Both the position numbers and the translations under genes were made by a program. From assembly GCF_009914755.1 (NCBI RefSeq), contig NC_060937.1: DNA of 64,000 nt; one strand, given 5' to 3'. Shown here piece after piece: positions 51,393 to 64,000 of this stretch; the first letter of the stretch is position 1; each line of letters opens with the position of its first letter. This DNA is from the human T2T-CHM13v2.0 reference genome, Homo sapiens. The notes below the pieces were generated by a model. The model ran no database searches, was not told the origin of the DNA, and saw only the letters and a list, made by a program, of their open reading frames with translations.

Positions 51393-51740
51393 GTAATGGC
51401 TGAAAGCAACACATTTTGCTAACCTAAGGATAAATAATACTATAATACCTAATTCACACTACACACTTAACAAAAGCAATTTATCATCAGCCTAAGATTG
51501 CTAATTTTTATAACAGGTACAGACATAATTAACTTAATATTGACCAGCAAATAAATCTAGAAATTGTGCTTATTCTTTAGTATTCATTTTAACTGAATTT
51601 AAATTAGTGTTTTTCCCTAACAGCCTTGTATATTGCTTAATAAAATTGTCATATTTGAAAACAGAGATTCTTAAAGTTTAAAATGCTTGCAGTCAAATGA
51701 CAGTTTATCAATAAAGATTTAAAACTATCTTTTAACCTGT
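51393..51740 (+). other. Candidate distal non-coding terminal exon of GPALPP1
   Basis: Acceptor tttttgtctttttag| at 51392; non-repeat AU-rich body; AATAAA at 51639-51644 and 51710-51715. Confidence 0.4.
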
Positions 51741-52029
51741 CAGTTTGTAAGATGCTAATCAATCCATTATACTGTGTTGCCTCTAAGAAAATGACATGAA
51801 AAGATGGTTTCAGAATATTTCTTTCTACCAGCAAATCATAAAGAGCTTTTTAAAATCACATTTATAGTCTTTCCAGTGAGCTTATGTGAACACACAGTGG
51901 GGCTGCATCTTTATTGAGTATTTACCAGAACTGAGTAATATCTAGGCTTAGGTGAATGGAAGGTGATAGTTGAACAAAAATGATGACCAATTTAGTCAGC
52001 AAAATCGATGTCTTTCCAACTTTGATGTG

Positions 52030-52500
<471 letters not shown>

Positions 52501-52624
52501 CCAACTTGGTTTGGTCTGAACATGACATTTCTAGAGGTTCTTAAAGCTTAAAATGTTTGCAGTCAAACCACAGTTTAGAGTCTAACATTAATAGAATCAA
52601 GATTAAGATTTCTAGAATCAAAGA

Positions 52625-53045
52625 TGTTGGATGGTTGTCAGATTGTGGCCACTGAGCCTCTTGATTCAAAAGATAGAAGGCAAAACTCATTTTCCTAGGC
52701 TCCCTTGCTGCTAGAGCACAAGTATGTGGCCTGGCCTCTGCCAATCAGATGCACCCACGTGCAGTTGGTATTCCAAGAGATAAGGGAAGAAGTTGGCATT
52801 CCCAGAATCGTCTTCTGATGGGCATATTAGTGGACACGGACTGATCTTCAACAGCAGCAGAGGCGGCATGTCTGGCACCCAGTCCCAAGCATCAGTGGTG
52901 TCAGCTGCTGTGGCTGTGAGACTGGGGTTTCTCTAGAGGAGCATTGCAGTGTGGGTGGATATATTCCTGCTTATATAACTTCTGGTCAGCTTAAACTAAT
53001 CAGAGTATACTACTTTGTTTGCAACTAAGCCCTGACTAACATACG
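52625..53045 (+). mobile_element. Old ERVL-type LTR (LTR33/LTR16-like)
   Basis: catttcctaggctcccttgctgctagag...ggcctctgccaatcagatgcaccc ... tttgcaactaagccctgactaa. Confidence 0.55.
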
Positions 53046-53359
53046 GAAGTTATACCATGCCAGTTAACCATGGTATAAACTTTGGAGACAGCAGCCTGCA
53101 GTCAATTCCTATGTAAACACTAGCTTTGTAAACCTGAGAAAGGTTCTTAACCTATTTCAGCTGTAATTTATTTGTCTCTTAAATGGGCAATAATAACTCA
53201 CAAGATGTTACCAGGATTACATGAGATGACATATTTAAATAATTAGCACAAAATCCAGCAATAAATGATGGTGTCGTTATTGTAGCCCCCTGGCTATTAG
53301 ATGCACTCAGACAACTCTGGTAAACAGGCTCACTTATTTCTTACAACCTCAGAAGATTC

Positions 53360-54600
<1,241 letters not shown>

Positions 54601-55616
54601 ACTATAAAGGCAAAAACATCTGATGCTATGGCTCCGTCTCACCTTTGATTCCCACCAGTTTTCTAATGAGAATACCAACATTGTGTTTACCAAACTGCGG
54701 TCTCACCCACCTAACCTGTCCATTCATCTCAGGTTTACCAATGTTAGCATCTGGCCATTGTGAACCCCCTTTTCATTAGATATCTGCTAGTCCTGTCTCA
54801 TGGTTATGAATTTTCATGTGCAGAGGGGATGGGGCACATGCACACATCGACATGCTTCAGAGATGACTCAGCCAGGGTGGGTGCCACCCAGTAAGATGGC
54901 GTTGTTTCTAAAATGCCTGCTCCTCCCTCCTGATTTGCTTCCATCACATCCTCTGACATCAAGACGTACATTTAGCACAAACAAGGTAGATGAGAAATGA
55001 GCTGTCACAGTTTATTCACCACATTCTGCTGCAATTTATAAATCACAGTACAATTCAAAATGATTTATTTAGCCTTTCCATCTAAAAAAAAAAAGAAAGG
55101 GAAATGAAAAAAATATGAAGGATTACCAGCTCCAACCCAATCAATAGCAAGGAAGCCTGCTTAACTCTGCCAATTAATCGTGTCTCTTGGATATGAGATG
55201 TCCAATGACAGGAGGCTTGGAGAGAGGTTAGCCAAAGTCAAAACCAGATTCACCGTCACTTCAAGCTCAAGGGGTCTAGAGTTAGCTGCTCCCAGCTAAC
55301 CATTATCATTGGTTGAGGGCACTGGTAGGCCACTGGATTCCTCAGCTTGTTCTGCAGTTCTCTAGCCTCTGTGTACCACAATGTTTCCCTAAAGGAAACT
55401 GGAGGTATTGTTACCAAAAGAAGATAATGTATTCTGGGTAGGTAAAAACATAAAGAGGAAGAAAGAAACTACAATCAGTAAAAAGCCTGACATAGAGTAG
55501 TTCGAAAAGGAATTGTTAAAGCATTGTAGAGAGGTAGGTATTTAATAAATGGTTGTTTATAATTAGCAATCAAATGTGATGCTATAATCCTGCTGGCCTC
55601 CCATACATGGCCATTA

Positions 55617-58604
<2,988 letters not shown>

Positions 58605-58619
58605 CTCATCTGCCATAGA

Positions 58620-60230
<1,611 letters not shown>

Positions 60231-60943
60231 GAGGGCCTACTCGGTGCTCTCTCCACTTGGATGATCCGCGAGCACTTCAAACACACACAGCAGGACCAAA
60301 GGATAATTCAATATTTGCTTTAAATCAAAATCTGCCTATAGAAGCAAAGAATATCTCTGGGAGAAGGCACAAGAAACCAGTAAGTATAGCTGTCATATTC
60401 CAACCTCTTCCCCTAATATTCCCTCTTTCTATGAATCAGAAGCACAGACAACAAAGTCGCCCAATCCAGGGCCGGAGAGTCATTCTGGAACTTGGTTAAG
60501 AACGTAATGCCATAGAAACAAATCTGTAAAATTCAAATTTGATGACATTACTCACCTACTTAAAGTCATTCATTTCTGCCACCCTCCTCACACCCCTTCC
60601 CTCCCTCCCCCTGCCCAGTGAAGAGCCTGTTCCTGCAAGGAGGTGCCTACCATCTCTGCTCTGGATGCTTGCAAATGTCCCGAAGAGGCTTTCGTATGTG
60701 GTCTAATACTGATAGCTGCTTCTCAGGTTTTTCCGCCAGCACTGTCTGTGTACCTGCTTCTGCCTGAAGAGCTGTTTGGAAGGTAGCAAGCATATGAACC
60801 TAAATGAAGACAGGAATTACTACATGTTATTCTCTGGTTTATTTTGATGACAAAGTCCCCCTACTGATAAAACATTGCATTATTTCATCTTTCAACCTTG
60901 AGGGACAGAATCCTTGAAGACCCAGCTCAAAAATGTTCTCTAG

Positions 60944-61285
<342 letters not shown>

Positions 61286-61559
61286 TCACCCCACTGTCAT
61301 TCTTCCATTAGCTCTTGGGACTGTTATGCGCTGTTTACTTGTTTTGCAACGGATTATGAACTGCGTGAAGGCAATATCCTATCTTTTGTATTAGTATTAT
61401 TTCTAGGGCCTAGCTGAAATATAATAGATACTCAGTGAACTTTGTAGGAGGGAGGGAGGGATGGATACATTAAAAGAAATGGAGAAAGTCTTCTTAAATC
61501 CTAACAGTACAAACTTGAGTTCTTTTCTAGGTGAGGTAGACCTGGAAATGTTAGCGATT

Positions 61560-61575
61560 CCACAAGGCGGCACTA
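61560..61575 (+). promoter_or_regulatory. Candidate CTCF site
   Basis: CCACAAGGCGGCACTA matches CCASYAGRKGGCRS with two deviations, in a locally CpG-retaining non-repeat patch. Confidence 0.45.
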
Positions 61576-63250
61576 GAGTTCCACCTGTCTCCCTCCGCCG
61601 AGAAAAGCCGGAGCCAACTAAGTCTTGCCCCGGCTGGTACCTTGTAGCAGATGCCTGCTTTAGCCGAGTAAGCCAAGAAAAATGATTTGAATGAGGACTG
61701 AGGGAGGAATGAGTGCAGGGAGGCCACAACACTGTTATGGTAAAGAAATGATCATTTTAAAGGGACTTCAATAGAAAGCCCCCCACCCCCATCTCTGGAC
61801 AACATCCTACTCCTAGCGCTGGGAGCCATGTATCCAAACAATAGGGTATTCTTTTCTCAGTCCAGTTTTTCCGCCTCCTCTAATTAAGCAAAACACTAAG
61901 GCTCATAAAATATTGGGTTATCATTCTAGCTCCACAGTATTTCCCAATTGAGTGCTCTCTTCCTTATTCCATGATAGATCACAGCTGTCACAAATATTAC
62001 CATTTCCTCCTTGGTAACCTCCCAAGAGGTCACTGAAACTTTCATCCTGGACCTCTGAACCCTAGATTTCTGTGTAGGCTGACAAGAAAGAAAAAAAATC
62101 CTTTTAAATTTCAAATATATATGTAACTCCTATGAGAGACCTGGAAATGTAACCATGGAAACCAGAGCATGAGTGTAACCATGGAGACCCATTGAAACCA
62201 GCTGGGCCATTACCATCTAGAAGCTGGTGGGGATGTGGCAATTAGAAGGACTGTTAGCCCTAGTTAATGTGGTCAAGTGATGTCAATTGTTTAGGTGAGT
62301 GTTTTACAGACATTTAAGTAATTTCTGGGTACTGCCAATGCTTTAAAATGTTCGACAGAAGGCCTTTTCATAGGACTTCCTATGTTAGACTAATTTCTGA
62401 AGGATCCTCCACATCTTTCTCCCCAACCCTCTTACCACACCTCCAGAGTCATGACTTAATCAGTCATTCATTCAGCAGACACACGCTAATTGCCTTGTAA
62501 TCACCTTGGTGTGCTGGGCACTACTGGATCCCATCGTATACATTATATAATATGGTGTATATACAGATATATACATTATCTGTATATATCCCAGTTCATA
62601 TACATTGTCTGTCCTAGCAGCTTTAATGCCCAGGCAAATCCTGAATAAAAGGGTCCATTTATCAAGAGGCTTCTTTACCAGAATCTGTCAGAATTTGGGT
62701 TTGTGCTTTCAGTAAGTGAGATGAGAACTAGACTTCTTTCATTTTGAAGGAAATGTTCATTATTCCAATGTCATAGAAGTCCTTCACAAAGTCAGACCAT
62801 TCTCTCCGTCCCATTTCTTTTCTTCTTTCCCTGTGTGCATTACAACCCCATCACTCCTCTGGCAACCACAGGTTCAAAGGCCTTGATGACAGTTTGTCAG
62901 GGGAGCTGCTTTGTTGTGTGTTTTGAACACCAGTGTGGTGAAAAGGTAGAGTGCAGTGTCAAATCACCTGTGCCTGCCACTTACCCGTGTGTCACCCTAG
63001 ACAAGCTATTAAACCTTCCTAAGCCTCAAGTTTCCTCATCTATAAAGAGGAAATAAAACCAATCTCTTTAGGTTATTCAGTGACAACTTCACTCAACTGT
63101 GAAACTTTAAACTGCTACCAAGTTTTATCTTCTGGTTTTATCTTTACTTCCCGATATCACTCAGCAGTCTTTCATGTTCTTAGCCCTTTCTCCTATTTTA
63201 CTCAACAGGTGGTCTAAATGTTTACAACTTCCAACAGTGCATTCAAAACC

Positions 63251-63830
63251 AGCCGAGCATGGTGGCTCACGTGTGTAATCCCAGCACTTTGGGGGGCCAA
63301 GGTGGGAGGATCACTTGAGCCTAGGAATTTGAGGACGGCCTGGGTGAGACCTAGTGAGAACCCATATCTACAAAACAAATTTTAAAATTAGCTGAGTGTG
63401 CCTGTAATCCCAGCTACTCAGGAGGCTGACGTGGGAGGAGGACTTGAGCCTGGGAGGTGGAGGTTGCAGTGAGCGAAGACTGCACCTCTGCCCTCCAGCC
63501 TGGGTGACAGAGTGAGATCCTATCTCAAAACAACAACAAACAAACAAACAACCATCTGTCTCAGCAGAAAATGATGGAGACAATGATGACAACCGCAGTT
63601 GTTGTATGAGGCTTATTATATACCAGACACTGTTCTAAGCACTTCACATATTTTAACTCATTTAATTCTTACCACAAGCCATTGAGGATTATTGTCATCT
63701 CCATCATACAGATGAGAAAACTGAGGCACAAGGTGTTAGGGAAATTTCCCAAGGTCATAAGCTACAGAATGGCAGAAAAAGCATTTGAACCCTAGTAGTG
63801 CCTGCAAAGTCTGCCCTTTCAGCCACTGTT
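63251..63830. mobile_element. AluJ-like (63251-63550) followed by a MIR
   Basis: MIR core acagatgagaaaactgaggcacaa...cccaaggtca. Confidence 0.75.
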
Positions 63831-64000
63831 CAATAGTCAGGCTTTCTCTAGTGATAATGTTCACTGTGAATAGAGTCCAACGGATATGAATGAACTCCCT
63901 CAGATGTCTCCTGTTCAACGCCAACATCTGCCTGCACTAACCCGCATCTTCATCAGCCCCTAGTCCATGTTTCAGAAGAAAAAACCAGCCTTCCTCTAAT

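Overview
Eukaryotic (primate, most likely human 13q14) genomic DNA. Two genes face away from each other across a CpG-island bidirectional promoter with only 218 bp between their ATGs. NUFIP1 (minus strand) contributes only coding exon 1 (3107-3518). GPALPP1/KIAA1704 (plus strand) is complete: 8 coding exons rebuilt by hand from GT-AG boundaries sum to 1023 nt (340 aa plus stop). The rest is intron, 3' UTR and intergenic sequence with about 50 Alus (a subset is listed), L1/L2/MIR fragments, THE1/MLT1/ERVL-type LTRs, Tigger and hAT-type DNA transposon relics, a 7SL retrocopy and microsatellites. Nearly all other ORFs in the track are repeat artefacts. I see no clearly new multi-gene system. The most unusual signals are (i) several short locally templated insertions, fold-backs and duplications of different ages, three within about 4 kb of the promoter; (ii) a consensus splice donor directly after the GPALPP1 stop codon, with two candidate downstream UTR exons; (iii) in-frame alternative splice sites; and (iv) an Alu-tail-derived AT-rich palindrome. 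Repeat subfamily names and comparisons to reference proteins come from memory, not from a search, and repeat boundaries are approximate.
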